A stretch of DNA of 64,000 bases from positions 96,001 to 160,000 of the IMG/VR virus record IMGVR_UViG_3300028591_000079; one strand, written 5' to 3'. Positions 49,101-58,609 of the stretch are shown here, piece by piece. Under the pieces are notes generated by a model. The model ran no database searches. It saw only the letters and a program-made list of their open reading frames with translations, and had not been told where the DNA came from. The first letter of the stretch is position 1. The number at the start of each line of letters is the position of its first letter. This DNA comes from a virus. Its lineage: Duplodnaviria; Caudoviricetes. Position numbers and translations under genes: made by a program.

Positions 49101-50141
49101 GATAATTCTTTTACTCTTGTTGCAGAAACGATTGAAAATGAAAAAATTACAAGTTTTACAATAACCCCAGAATCAGGGATTATGCCTGTGTGTATCACAA
49201 ACGCAAATGGCGAAATAACTTCATATACAAAATCGTTTGATTTGGTAAATATCGAGAAAAGTGCCAATTTTACTCTTTCACAAAATGTTAGTATATATAA
49301 TTATAGCGTAACCTTAAGAAACCAAGGGATAAATTATTTAACTGAACAAGTATTGAAAGATAACGATGAATTTGTAACAATAAATGTAACTGGTGTTGAT
49401 CAAGGAAAAATTACAAATTTTACCTATACACCAACACAAGGGACTAATTTTGTGGAATTTTATGGTTTATCATTAAATAATACAACACATGGAAATGGTG
49501 CAATTTTAACAATAGATGCATCATCACCAATAAATATTCAAAACATAGAAAGAGAATATATTGATTTTTACACAATAGACGAATTAGCTGGGCCAGAAGC
49601 TTATCATAAAGAGTACAGATTTCCAGTTACGGACTATGGATATGTTAATCAGGGATCACCAAACTCCCCATATCCATGGGCACCAGGAATGGCAGATATT
49701 GATTATGGAAGAACATCAGAAGGTAGCCCAAATTCCCCAAATATTACCGAGCCTGGTGGTGCAGATATTGATTATGGATATGTAAAAAATAGAATAAAAG
49801 GCCAATGGGTTGAATGGTGGGATTTTGAACGTCCGAGTGATTTATATCCAACGAACCATGTTGAAATAGAGATCAATATTTTATCAAACGAAAATTATGA
49901 ACAAGCAGTGACGAGATTTTATAAACAATTTTATTCGTTGGCGAGTACTGTTTTATATATACACAGACTTATTACAACATATAATATGGGAAATAATTTG
50001 GCAACAGGAATTACTGCTGACAATCCTAATGGTGGTGACGGTAGAATATTAATGGGTATAATGACAACTCAACCATACGTAAACCAAGTAATAACAGTTA
50101 CCAATGATCCGGCCAGACAACCAGATATATCAAACAACTAA
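46179..50141 (+). CDS. Large baseplate protein (gp7-like) with inserted repeats and a glycine-rich domain
   Basis: FYRLAGTKQSLNYF is a tail protein I/gp7-like motif. Also G.GY..GD repeats, a polyglycine block and DYG repeats. Confidence 0.65.
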   Translation: MTDINKIFLDTTLTVESGYSNSLCFVDGVAIDKSRYTLENNELNIYREASNYVSLFYDLNISRCYYFERNLNDYGTIISGPDKKGNTIQNLKNKNIMIFVDGILLGKNEYSVLDSENVALLIIKNDNNFHDVIIYVSNTELTYGILSDPLNQLGPNSTISDFYVVLNHDVTWRLSDVDNSIWVDNNGLKWTLEDIDKNRIRFGRGDNNHNLRTETTIPNYFTCITIGELSIASSEIIKKTWGPDQTEESNNPENKIGYSRYNTLIFKNGRLVPTSLIKTNADGYSFVEFDPLPSDKFEYYKLNSQTLSYNFEATPGITTYGPRDDYRVKLPLLYDSTVLLGDLARVVVDDLRPGFIICEKDRAGRLMVVDETDESSRIKVLTIHEFSKSEYAPDEYYLEVPEAKNIVDYLSDYDKKFIMLPEILRIFQRVLLDEVHDEVERIKNIRNSSKVDSAHIHKLLSLLGMKLDIKHLNIKQLQEAIDELTNFYRLAGTKQSLNYFNIVQDNTKLINIKQLFTYHKQREKEDSKKTYSYKYNFLNDQSHGEGYREGEKYKLIDNHSGYPVDTGSIVTINSVGEFDGKQNAILSFSADKFEGSQSFQYLPLTLETMSTGATVDIKSIPYMYQYDITIPEESSSTGFNEGDILTSPLFDGRIWVEEVDPIDGRITRFDFEPKSGTKSYENIQNSPLQIQTSGAVLKLIITATTQEQTITYDTVNGNFDSRRNGGNKIGVFDVKINETAEYEIIMSGGGGSGGAADTEIGSTNDSPAEKGYSGEEITKRIVCVAGSIISCNIGQGGRSSYAKGGGGCYCGSGGVGENNGGMGYNKSERIKGNTSHGTGFGSHYSIEFYTLNGKTTSGYRWSKAASGSGGGSSSFVYNNKKYIAKGGDGGSATWAGKNGANTVLQGGIGGGGGTKSGSGAYGGSRNPDNSSFTSEAGKDGYIIIRKITQNYSSKATLENNYNIKAPSGTVFKSTDNSFTLVAETIENEKITSFTITPESGIMPVCITNANGEITSYTKSFDLVNIEKSANFTLSQNVSIYNYSVTLRNQGINYLTEQVLKDNDEFVTINVTGVDQGKITNFTYTPTQGTNFVEFYGLSLNNTTHGNGAILTIDASSPINIQNIEREYIDFYTIDELAGPEAYHKEYRFPVTDYGYVNQGSPNSPYPWAPGMADIDYGRTSEGSPNSPNITEPGGADIDYGYVKNRIKGQWVEWWDFERPSDLYPTNHVEIEINILSNENYEQAVTRFYKQFYSLASTVLYIHRLITTYNMGNNLATGITADNPNGGDGRILMGIMTTQPYVNQVITVTNDPARQPDISNN

Positions 50142-50233
50142 TAATGTAACATGTTTTGATTATAAATATTTATAAAAACAAGTTCTATATAAAGATCAGG
50201 TTAAATAATTTTTCAAGCAAAGAGTAACAACAA

Positions 50234-52555
50234 ATGAAAGTCTCAAAAAATACACTTCAATTATCATATTCAATTGCAGAGAGTCATTTTTTTCTAACTC
50301 GTAATGATAGAAATTCTTATTTTGCTAGCTATCCTGCAGAATTGGTAGCCGGTGTTATGTGCGCAATCGGTGGAGATCCACAAACTACTGCTAGTGATGC
50401 AGAGGTTTGGGAAGCAGAAATGTACAACGGAGCAAATTGGACATTGCAAACAATCGATCAAAGTTTTTCTCTTGTTGTTACCGAAGATGGATTAAATGCA
50501 ATAACCTATATTGGTAAAAACGAAGGATTTTATAAATTAGCAATTTCAGCAATAAAAATCAAACAAAACAATATTATAAACCCACTAAAAAATATCATGC
50601 AGTGGACAAAAGAGGATTTTGAGGCGGATGGGGATATAATATTAGATTCAATGACAAATGCTAATTTTACATTGGACAATAATTTGTCTTACAGAACAAA
50701 TATGTCAAATGGAGGTATACAATTTGCAATAAAAATTGATACAAACACATATGGAGAAATTGGAAGAGAAAGATATGACGAATATACAATAGGTGCAATT
50801 GGTTTATATGTACAAGACCCCCAAGAAACAAATAGACAAGTTTTGTTTGCTGTGGCAAATCTAAACAATGCAATCCCAAAATATTCAACAAAAGCAGATC
50901 GCGTTGGAAATGCAATAAAAATATTATTGAACACCGTTATTTCAAATCTTGGATATGTATCAGATCTTACTGTTTTTCCGGAAAGTGTAAATAGTATTCC
51001 AGAAGTCGATACTGAACAACAGTTGGTGGAAAACTATGGTACGGTTATATCTCCTTATAATTTTTATTTAGTAAACAATTATGCAGGAACTAATCAACCA
51101 GCATTAGCAGCAAGAAAAGGAGATCCAACAAAAGAAGATGTTACATGGGAATATTTTACAACAAAAGATGTTGCAATCAATAATATTGACGATGCTATGT
51201 TTGATCCTCTCATAGAAGAATATATGGTTGTTACATGGGATTCGAGTGCTGAAAAATTTGTAAGAGCAGATGGCGCAACGGTTGATCCAGCAGTAAATCC
51301 ATCAAACAATAATCTTACCGGCATTAAAACTGGGAACGGAGTAATTTTTGCTGGAAGTGTTAGCAATTTTAATATAAAAACACAATTCAATATCTCGATA
51401 AATGATGGCGGATCAAATTATAAAATAAACGACAAATTATTTTATGCAGACACAGATACAGGACTAATATTTAAAATAAAAGTAACAAATGTAGATGCTG
51501 GTGGTAAAGTTTTGCAATTTTCAACAACAAGCATAAGTGGAACTGGTACAATATCAAAAACAAATGTTGCTTTTGAATATGATACAAGTGAACAAACAAC
51601 AACTCCAACAGGTAGTGGCTTTAAAGCAAACATTGTGTCTGCAGGTGTTGATTCATCTGTATATATTTGGGATTTTCCATCATCTTGGTATAACATGCCA
51701 TTATATGTTGATACACAAACACCAACATACACAGGAGACGATAGAACCGATGGGCGTGGAAGATTAACAAACGTAGAAACAGATTGGTTTGTCGGTTGGT
51801 GTACTGGTACAGGCACAAATAGTTCTATAAGGTTGGCAATAAACCTTGACGATAAAGCGTCAACATCTGATTATGGAACAACAAGATACGCAACAACCGC
51901 AGAAATAAACAATCCATATAATAATCAAGGCGCCGCACAAGTAATCACAGCAGACATTTGGTCTTTGAAAAACAATTATTTACAAATAACAAAGCCGGGA
52001 ACGATTCGTGCAGATGGAAACGGACATGAGGGTGATTCAATAAATAATCCAATACAAGTAGATTCTTTTGTAAAATTCAACGAAACTGTTGTTGGAAAAG
52101 GTGTGGCAAATATGCCAATAAACAACAATACAGTAGTGGATCAAAACGTCTCTTTCTTTGGTTTAGCATATCGCGCATGGTGGGGGGACTTGGCAGAATA
52201 TTATCGATCAGATAAAGTTTATCCTGCCGGAACATTGATTACAATAGGCTGTGGTCCCGCAGAAATAACTCAAGCAATAACAGAATGCAACGGGATTATT
52301 TCAGAAAGACCAGGATACGAACTAGGAAATAAAACATCACCAAATGATTTACCCGTAGCACTTGTTGGAAAAGTCCCAGTTATATTTGACAATAGATGTA
52401 ACCCAAGATTTGGAGATAGAGTGTATTTGTCTTCAATTGAACCAGGAAGAGCATCAACAATTCCGTATGGACCTTGTTTGGGCAAAATCATAGACAAGGG
52501 TAAAGATTTAAAAACACAAAGCACTATTTTATGCTCAGTAAGAATAAGTTTCTAA
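50234..52555 (+). CDS. Tail fibre/baseplate attachment protein with a C-terminal DLAE domain
   Basis: VVTEDGL, IGAIGLY...VLFAVA (gpH-like N-terminus), YGTTRYATTAEI, WGDLAEYY...PVALVGKVP. Confidence 0.7.
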   Translation: MKVSKNTLQLSYSIAESHFFLTRNDRNSYFASYPAELVAGVMCAIGGDPQTTASDAEVWEAEMYNGANWTLQTIDQSFSLVVTEDGLNAITYIGKNEGFYKLAISAIKIKQNNIINPLKNIMQWTKEDFEADGDIILDSMTNANFTLDNNLSYRTNMSNGGIQFAIKIDTNTYGEIGRERYDEYTIGAIGLYVQDPQETNRQVLFAVANLNNAIPKYSTKADRVGNAIKILLNTVISNLGYVSDLTVFPESVNSIPEVDTEQQLVENYGTVISPYNFYLVNNYAGTNQPALAARKGDPTKEDVTWEYFTTKDVAINNIDDAMFDPLIEEYMVVTWDSSAEKFVRADGATVDPAVNPSNNNLTGIKTGNGVIFAGSVSNFNIKTQFNISINDGGSNYKINDKLFYADTDTGLIFKIKVTNVDAGGKVLQFSTTSISGTGTISKTNVAFEYDTSEQTTTPTGSGFKANIVSAGVDSSVYIWDFPSSWYNMPLYVDTQTPTYTGDDRTDGRGRLTNVETDWFVGWCTGTGTNSSIRLAINLDDKASTSDYGTTRYATTAEINNPYNNQGAAQVITADIWSLKNNYLQITKPGTIRADGNGHEGDSINNPIQVDSFVKFNETVVGKGVANMPINNNTVVDQNVSFFGLAYRAWWGDLAEYYRSDKVYPAGTLITIGCGPAEITQAITECNGIISERPGYELGNKTSPNDLPVALVGKVPVIFDNRCNPRFGDRVYLSSIEPGRASTIPYGPCLGKIIDKGKDLKTQSTILCSVRISF

Positions 52556-52570
52556 ACGCAAGGAAAAAAC

Positions 52571-54634
52571 ATGGCAACAACAGCGATTAGTTTTAGACGT
52601 GGTGACACAGATGATAATAAAGTTTTTGCAGGTGTGGAAGGCGAAATAGTTGCCGACTTGGGTAATGGTGGCAATATTGATGATGGAAAAGCAACAATTG
52701 TTTTGCATCGCGGAGACAGCACAGCCGGTGGTATTCGCATGGCAAGAGAAGATTTTGCAAACATAACTGACGATTCTTTATATAATTTAACAACATATCA
52801 ATCGGAGGGTGGTGCAATAACGGGGTTGATGTACAACGATCTTCACAATATACAGCACAATAATAATTCTCAATTTAGAAGTGCAACAGAAAGCACATTA
52901 AAATATGATTACAATATAGCAAGTCAAGATGGACATGATTTATCTACACGTATAATAACAGATCCAAGTTTGACCCCAGGATCAACAGAAGTACCTGGTG
53001 GGGGTCCGTTTGTTGCAACAATTGGATTAAGTAACATAAGTCAAAACGGTATATCAAACATAAGAGATTGGAGTTTTGATTGGTGGAAAATGAGTGTTGA
53101 TACTGAATTTTTGGCCACCAATGAAAATACACAAGCAGGTGATACACATGGACACAGAGGAAAAAATTTAGCTTATGCAGACATGTCAAACGTAAACACA
53201 GCAAATTTGGCAACAACTGGAGCAGGACACTCTGGCGGAAATCTCGCATATGCAGATCTAACAAATGTCTATTATCCAACTATTGTCAATCGCATTGATG
53301 ATGCATATAGAATCGGTGGAAATAAATTACAAAATTATGAATGGGTTATAAACAAACAAAACATTATAAATCCTTATGAAAGCGAACAAGAGCAGGAAAA
53401 AAAGTATCCAAGCATCAAAGCAATAATAAATTATACAGCAACATTGGGTGAAACTTATGTAAATTTAAAATTAGATAATGTTTTAGATTGGAAAATTGCA
53501 TCAGAAAAAGAGGATTTATATAAAATAGATGTTGTTATAGATAATGGTGGAAGTGGATATGCAACAACAGGATCAACAAGCACAATAGTTACAAATATTG
53601 CCCATCCAGATGGAGGTTTTGTTGAAATTTCTGTTTTAGAAGTTGATGATAATGGTAAAATTTTAAAGGCAGAAATTGCAAACGCAAAAAAATATAGTTC
53701 ATCATCAATAGCCACAACAGCATACATAGACACAATAAATCCTGGTGCAGCAGAATTTACAATTTCATCAACAAATGTGCATGTCGGCAAACTGATGAAA
53801 TATGATTTGTCAAATTCAGAAGTGGAAAATTTGACAGATACACAAAATGCAAAATTAACGTATAAAATGCAAAGAGATGCATTGAGCAACTCTATAACAT
53901 ATATTGACTCTGTTAGCGGAGAAATGACAGATTTACAAAACAACAGCTCCGGTTCTTTTTCTGTCGACAATACAACAAATGGTGTAATCGCAAGACTAAC
54001 CACAAATACAATAGCAGAAGTAAATGATGAAATTGTAAAAACAAAAATTTCAAGTATAGACGTTACAAAAACAAATGCTTATTTAAATAAAAATGAAAAC
54101 ATCGGAGATTATATATTAGACACTGATCATGAATTATTGAATCGTGGAGAAATAAATTCAGCAATACAAGATGCTATGGATGCAGCAATTGCGACTGCTG
54201 TTGTGTTCAAGGGTATAGTTGCAGACGAGACAGCGTTACCAAGTAGCGGGCAAACAAACGGTGATTTATATTGGGTCACTGCCTTCTCATCCAACCCACC
54301 AGCAGGTATGATATCTGGCAAATCTGGTTCTGCAATATGGAATGCAAACGTTACACCGGCACAGTGGGAATATAAATTGGATAACCAAAACGCACCAGAT
54401 AATCAAACTTTGGAATATAGTGGAGGTAGTACACAACAAGTTTTAAAAGTAAAGATAGCTGGAACACAAACAGAAGGACCTAATGCGTTGGTTGTAAAAT
54501 CTGATGGCTTATATGTAAAAACACCAGTGGAGACACCAACAATACCAACAGCAGATGGGGTTTATCACCTATATGTAAACAACGGTGTGGTTTCTTGGGT
54601 GAACGATACAAGACTACAAGTCACAAACCAATAA
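52571..54634 (+). CDS. Tail fibre protein (Mtd-N-like)
   Basis: ISFRRG.T.....F.G..GEIV.D, LAYAD.(S/T)NV repeats, NGGSGY, and FKG.VA...ALP......GD.Y.V. Confidence 0.7.
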   Translation: MATTAISFRRGDTDDNKVFAGVEGEIVADLGNGGNIDDGKATIVLHRGDSTAGGIRMAREDFANITDDSLYNLTTYQSEGGAITGLMYNDLHNIQHNNNSQFRSATESTLKYDYNIASQDGHDLSTRIITDPSLTPGSTEVPGGGPFVATIGLSNISQNGISNIRDWSFDWWKMSVDTEFLATNENTQAGDTHGHRGKNLAYADMSNVNTANLATTGAGHSGGNLAYADLTNVYYPTIVNRIDDAYRIGGNKLQNYEWVINKQNIINPYESEQEQEKKYPSIKAIINYTATLGETYVNLKLDNVLDWKIASEKEDLYKIDVVIDNGGSGYATTGSTSTIVTNIAHPDGGFVEISVLEVDDNGKILKAEIANAKKYSSSSIATTAYIDTINPGAAEFTISSTNVHVGKLMKYDLSNSEVENLTDTQNAKLTYKMQRDALSNSITYIDSVSGEMTDLQNNSSGSFSVDNTTNGVIARLTTNTIAEVNDEIVKTKISSIDVTKTNAYLNKNENIGDYILDTDHELLNRGEINSAIQDAMDAAIATAVVFKGIVADETALPSSGQTNGDLYWVTAFSSNPPAGMISGKSGSAIWNANVTPAQWEYKLDNQNAPDNQTLEYSGGSTQQVLKVKIAGTQTEGPNALVVKSDGLYVKTPVETPTIPTADGVYHLYVNNGVVSWVNDTRLQVTNQ

Positions 54635-54643
54635 AAACAAATT

Positions 54644-54675
54644 ACGCCTGAGATTTTTCTTGGGCGTTTTCTTTT
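54644..54675 (+). terminator. Intrinsic terminator at the end of the tail module
   Basis: ACGCCTGAGA/TCTTGGGCGT stem followed by a T-rich tract. Confidence 0.8.
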
Positions 54676-54712
54676 AAAATTAGTTCTATAATGTATCAAA
54701 AGGAGATATTTT

Positions 54713-55033
54713 ATGCCTACACCAAAAAAGAATTATTACGCTTTTAAAATTATCAACTGTAAAGTTCCTCATTGGAAAAAAGGAAAAATCATAAAAGAAG
54801 ATGGTGATATTGTATTTTTAGATAGTGGTGTATTGGGCATCAGAAAAGAGAATTTATATACCAACGAGAAAGAAGCCCTTATGGATTTTGTAAAAGAAGT
54901 AAATAGATGTAATAAAAATAACATTAGTGGCATATATGGCTCAGAAGATTTAAAAGCATATCATAAGGGTAAACAGATATTATTAAAAAAAGCTCAAGAA
55001 GAATTAGATAAAAATGAACAAACAGAAGATTAG
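54713..55033 (+). CDS. Hypothetical protein
   Basis: AAGGAG SD, with AGTTCTA at 54682. Confidence 0.65.
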   Translation: MPTPKKNYYAFKIINCKVPHWKKGKIIKEDGDIVFLDSGVLGIRKENLYTNEKEALMDFVKEVNRCNKNNISGIYGSEDLKAYHKGKQILLKKAQEELDKNEQTED

Positions 55034-55397
55034 AATATCAATTAATCCTTTGTCAATTTTAGATAAACCTCCGATAGATATAGTAGAATTAGGTGATGTG
55101 TTAGACTATATCAGCGTAAAGTTTGATATAGAGAGTTTGAGTATACAATTGAATGAAAAGAAAAAACCATCAGAACTTTATTTTTCTTTATTATCTGGTT
55201 TGTGTAAGACTGCATGTAAAAAAATTATTGTAGAAAATTATGTAGGCAGTAAAAAACCAAACACATTAAAACTTGATTCTTTTTCATCTATGTTATTAAT
55301 AATTGACAATTTGGATGGTTATACTTTGATTTACAACAACGAAAAGCACTCATTTAAAGATATTGAGGCGTTTCGTTCTATTTTAGATATTTTATAA
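55014..55397 (+). CDS. Hypothetical protein
   Basis: Overlaps the upstream gene and fills the operon. Confidence 0.6.
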   Translation: MNKQKIRISINPLSILDKPPIDIVELGDVLDYISVKFDIESLSIQLNEKKKPSELYFSLLSGLCKTACKKIIVENYVGSKKPNTLKLDSFSSMLLIIDNLDGYTLIYNNEKHSFKDIEAFRSILDIL

Positions 55398-55404
55398 GTT
55401 TTAG

Positions 55405-55444
55405 ACATTAATTTGTTGCTTTCCTCATTAAATTTAACTAAAAT
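55405..55444 (+). promoter_or_regulatory. Sigma70-like promoter with a CATTAAA box
   Basis: TTGCTT-17bp-TAAAAT, with CATTAAA at 55426-55432 and ACATTAA upstream. Confidence 0.65.
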
Positions 55445-55465
55445 AACACATATAAGAAAAAGGAG

Positions 55466-55981
55466 ATGTGCATGAATCTAATGTGCAAATTGAAGACTAA
55501 AGAAAAAAGTGCCACACTAACAAAACTACGTGAACAAAAAGAAAAATATAAAATAGTAACAAAGCAGATTAGAGGGGCAACACTAAAAACTCCAAACATT
55601 AAATACTTTTTAAATTGTGTTCCTGAAATTCCTGCCGGTAGAGATGTTGTTGCTCGTTGGCGGGATTATTTGGTTATGTACGTAAATTGGTCCAACGATC
55701 CCAATGTAAAAGGTGCAGATCAACTAAAAAAGCAATATGGGTTTGTTGTACGCGTTGAAAATACTGTGCCACGTGGATTGAGAAAAGAAAAAGACCCAGA
55801 AACGTATGCTATGATATTTAATAATGCAGAACGTTGTAAAAAACACTTAGACTGGTTCAATGCGTGTTTTCATACTACAGAAGAACAAAAAGAAATAAAT
55901 GCCGACAATGAAAAGAAACGCAAAGAATTGAGAAAATCCAGCAGACAACAATTCAATGGATATAACCCTCAATACACATAA
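55466..55981 (+). CDS. Basic hypothetical protein
   Basis: AAGGAG SD. First gene of the recombination operon. Confidence 0.65.
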   Translation: MCMNLMCKLKTKEKSATLTKLREQKEKYKIVTKQIRGATLKTPNIKYFLNCVPEIPAGRDVVARWRDYLVMYVNWSNDPNVKGADQLKKQYGFVVRVENTVPRGLRKEKDPETYAMIFNNAERCKKHLDWFNACFHTTEEQKEINADNEKKRKELRKSSRQQFNGYNPQYT

Positions 55982-55995
55982 AAAGAAGGTCTAAA

Positions 55996-58044
55996 GTGTC
56001 TAATTTTCATTTAAACAAATTATATATTCAAAACTTTCGCAGCATAAAAAAAGTCGACTTAGAAATAAAAGATGGATTATATGCTGTTGTTGGAAAAAAT
56101 TTAGATCAACCTGCTACTTTCAATGGTGCCGGTAAATCTTCTACTGTATACGCTTTATGGTGGTGTTTAACAGGTAATTCTTTGGGCGGTGAAGTTTTAG
56201 CTGATGATGTAGTAAACATTCAAGAAGGAAAAGACTGCAAGGTTGAATGTACTTTTGATACAGACCAGGGTGAAGTGGTTATAATGAGATGTCGTAAAGA
56301 TAAAGAACACGGCAATAATCTTTTTTTAACAATCAATGGTCAAGACGTAAGCTGTCATAAAGTATCGGACACTCAAGAAAGAATAAATCAACTGTTGAAG
56401 GTAAATTTTGATGTTTTGAAGGGGACTATTATTCTTACTTCTGACATGAAATCTAACTTTGCTGACCTAACGCCTAAAGACCGTATATCAATGTTGGAGT
56501 CTATTAGGGATTATACTATATGGGAAAAGGTTAGAGCAGAATCAAATGTAGACATAAAAAATCTTGATGGTGAAATAAAAGAAAATACTGGACAAATAAA
56601 CCAAAAACAAGGCTCAATTGACACACTAAATGGGCTTGTGATTGATTTAAGAAGAGAATATGTTGAAGAGAAACAAAAAATTACAAATGAAAACTCTGAA
56701 GAAAAACTAAAAAATCTGCAAGAAGTCTTAGAGCAATCCCAAAAAGAACTATCAGAGATTAAAGATGTAGATTATGATGCAAAAATATCAGAGTTAGATG
56801 TACAAATTGGCAAAAAAAATACAGAATTACAAAACAAACTGATAGAACACAATACAAAAAAAGATCAAATCAGAGAAAAATACAAAAAAATGAGCTCTGA
56901 TGTTGAAAATTTGATCTCAGAACTACAAGCACAATCATCCCAATTAGAAAAAGATATTATGAATGTAGATTTTGAGATTAGAGGTTTGCGTTCTGATGTG
57001 GATATAATACAAAAATGGTTTACTAATGATGTTTGCCCAACTTGTCATCGTAAATTAGACCGGACAGATGATGAAATTAATGAAAAAAACAAACAGCGCG
57101 ATCAACTTCTTCAAAAAATCAAACAAAAAGAAGATGAAAAAGCCGCAATAAACGCTAAATTTTTGACCATAGAAACGCAAAAAGCAAAAAACAAGGAAAT
57201 CATACAGGAAAATGAAAAAAAGTGTTCTGTGGAGCTTGAAAATGCAGAAAATGACTATCAAAAATTAGTAAAAAACATACAAGACGATATAGAGACATTA
57301 AAAAAAGATCAAATCAATATAAAAAACATACAGAAAGAAACAAAAAACAAAATTGACACATTAAATACAAAAATAACCAGCTTACAATCTCAAATAACCA
57401 TCTTAAGTGAACAAAAAAACACCACAGATGGGAAACTAAACGAAATCCAAGAAAAAGCTGAAAAATATAAAGCACAAATGGAGCAATTAGAAAAAGAAAA
57501 AGATGAAATTGTCACCAAAAATGCAAAACTAGAAAAAAGAAAGACATTGGCAAAATTCTTCTATGATGCTCTTGGTCCAAAAGGTGGTTTCAGAGGCGGT
57601 TTGTTGGCTAGAGATATCGCATATATAAATCAGTGCCTAAAGTCTTATATAACTAAATTCTTTGATTCTGCGGATTTATATCTTGTGCCACCAACTCCAG
57701 AGAAAAATGTTATTGATATAGTATTTGAAGAAGATGGAATTGCAAAACCAGTATCAAATCTTAGTGGAGGTGAACGTAAAAGAGTTAACTTATGTGTTGC
57801 TCTTGCTATTTATGATTTGTTGCAGTCTACATCTTTGTTTAGCTTCAATCTTTGTGTGTTCGACGAAATAGAAAGCGCATTAGACCCAGAAGGTGTTAGA
57901 CAATTGTTGGAAGTTATTGATGATAGACAAGATAATTTCCAAACTGCATGGTGGATAACAAATAATGAAATGGTATCTTCAAATATTCCCAATAAATTAG
58001 TGGCAACAAAACAAAACGGATTTACAAGAGTGGAGTATAAGTAA
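55996..58044 (+). CDS. Rad50/SbcC-like recombination ATPase (gp46)
   Basis: QNFRS, NGAGKSS, coiled coil with a CPTC zinc hook, LSGGE, and VFDE...ALD. Confidence 0.95.
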   Translation: MSNFHLNKLYIQNFRSIKKVDLEIKDGLYAVVGKNLDQPATFNGAGKSSTVYALWWCLTGNSLGGEVLADDVVNIQEGKDCKVECTFDTDQGEVVIMRCRKDKEHGNNLFLTINGQDVSCHKVSDTQERINQLLKVNFDVLKGTIILTSDMKSNFADLTPKDRISMLESIRDYTIWEKVRAESNVDIKNLDGEIKENTGQINQKQGSIDTLNGLVIDLRREYVEEKQKITNENSEEKLKNLQEVLEQSQKELSEIKDVDYDAKISELDVQIGKKNTELQNKLIEHNTKKDQIREKYKKMSSDVENLISELQAQSSQLEKDIMNVDFEIRGLRSDVDIIQKWFTNDVCPTCHRKLDRTDDEINEKNKQRDQLLQKIKQKEDEKAAINAKFLTIETQKAKNKEIIQENEKKCSVELENAENDYQKLVKNIQDDIETLKKDQINIKNIQKETKNKIDTLNTKITSLQSQITILSEQKNTTDGKLNEIQEKAEKYKAQMEQLEKEKDEIVTKNAKLEKRKTLAKFFYDALGPKGGFRGGLLARDIAYINQCLKSYITKFFDSADLYLVPPTPEKNVIDIVFEEDGIAKPVSNLSGGERKRVNLCVALAIYDLLQSTSLFSFNLCVFDEIESALDPEGVRQLLEVIDDRQDNFQTAWWITNNEMVSSNIPNKLVATKQNGFTRVEYK

Positions 58045-58607
58045 TGATAATCAAGAAGCCCTTTATATGCAACCCTGGAGAAATATTAAAACCTATTATT
58101 GGATATGAAGGTCTTTATGAGGTATCTAATCTTGGCAGAGTAAAAAATCTAAAAGATAACACTGAAGTAGATTACTATATCCATAATGGATCTAATTATA
58201 TTCGTTGTTCATTAAAAGATGCAAATGGTAAAAGAAGATATTGGCGAGTTAGTATATTAACAGCAGACGCTTTTATTCCCAATCCAAATAATTTACCAGA
58301 AGTTGATCACATAAATGAAGATAAAAATGATAATAGTGTTTCAAATCTTCGACGAGTTACACACAAACAAAATATGCAAAATTATTATAAAAATCATAAA
58401 GGCGAGTTTCAAAAAGCAAAACCAATTAGATGCATTGAAACCGATACAATATACGATTCAATTAGAGAGGCATCTAGAAAAATTACATATATTGATAAAA
58501 AAACTGGTGAACTAAAACATGGCATAAACAAAAACAGATTACAAGAAACATTGAACGGCGGCCAAAAAACAGCTGCTGGATACCATTGGGAATATGTGGA
58601 GAAATAA
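58044..58607 (+). mobile_element. Free-standing NUMOD4-HNH-NUMOD1 homing endonuclease gene
   Basis: KPIIGYEGLYEVSNLGRV, FIPNPNNLPEVDHINEDKNDN.VSNL......N, and KPIRCIET..YDSIREA...TAAGYHWEY. Confidence 0.9.
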
Positions 58608-58609
58608 TT

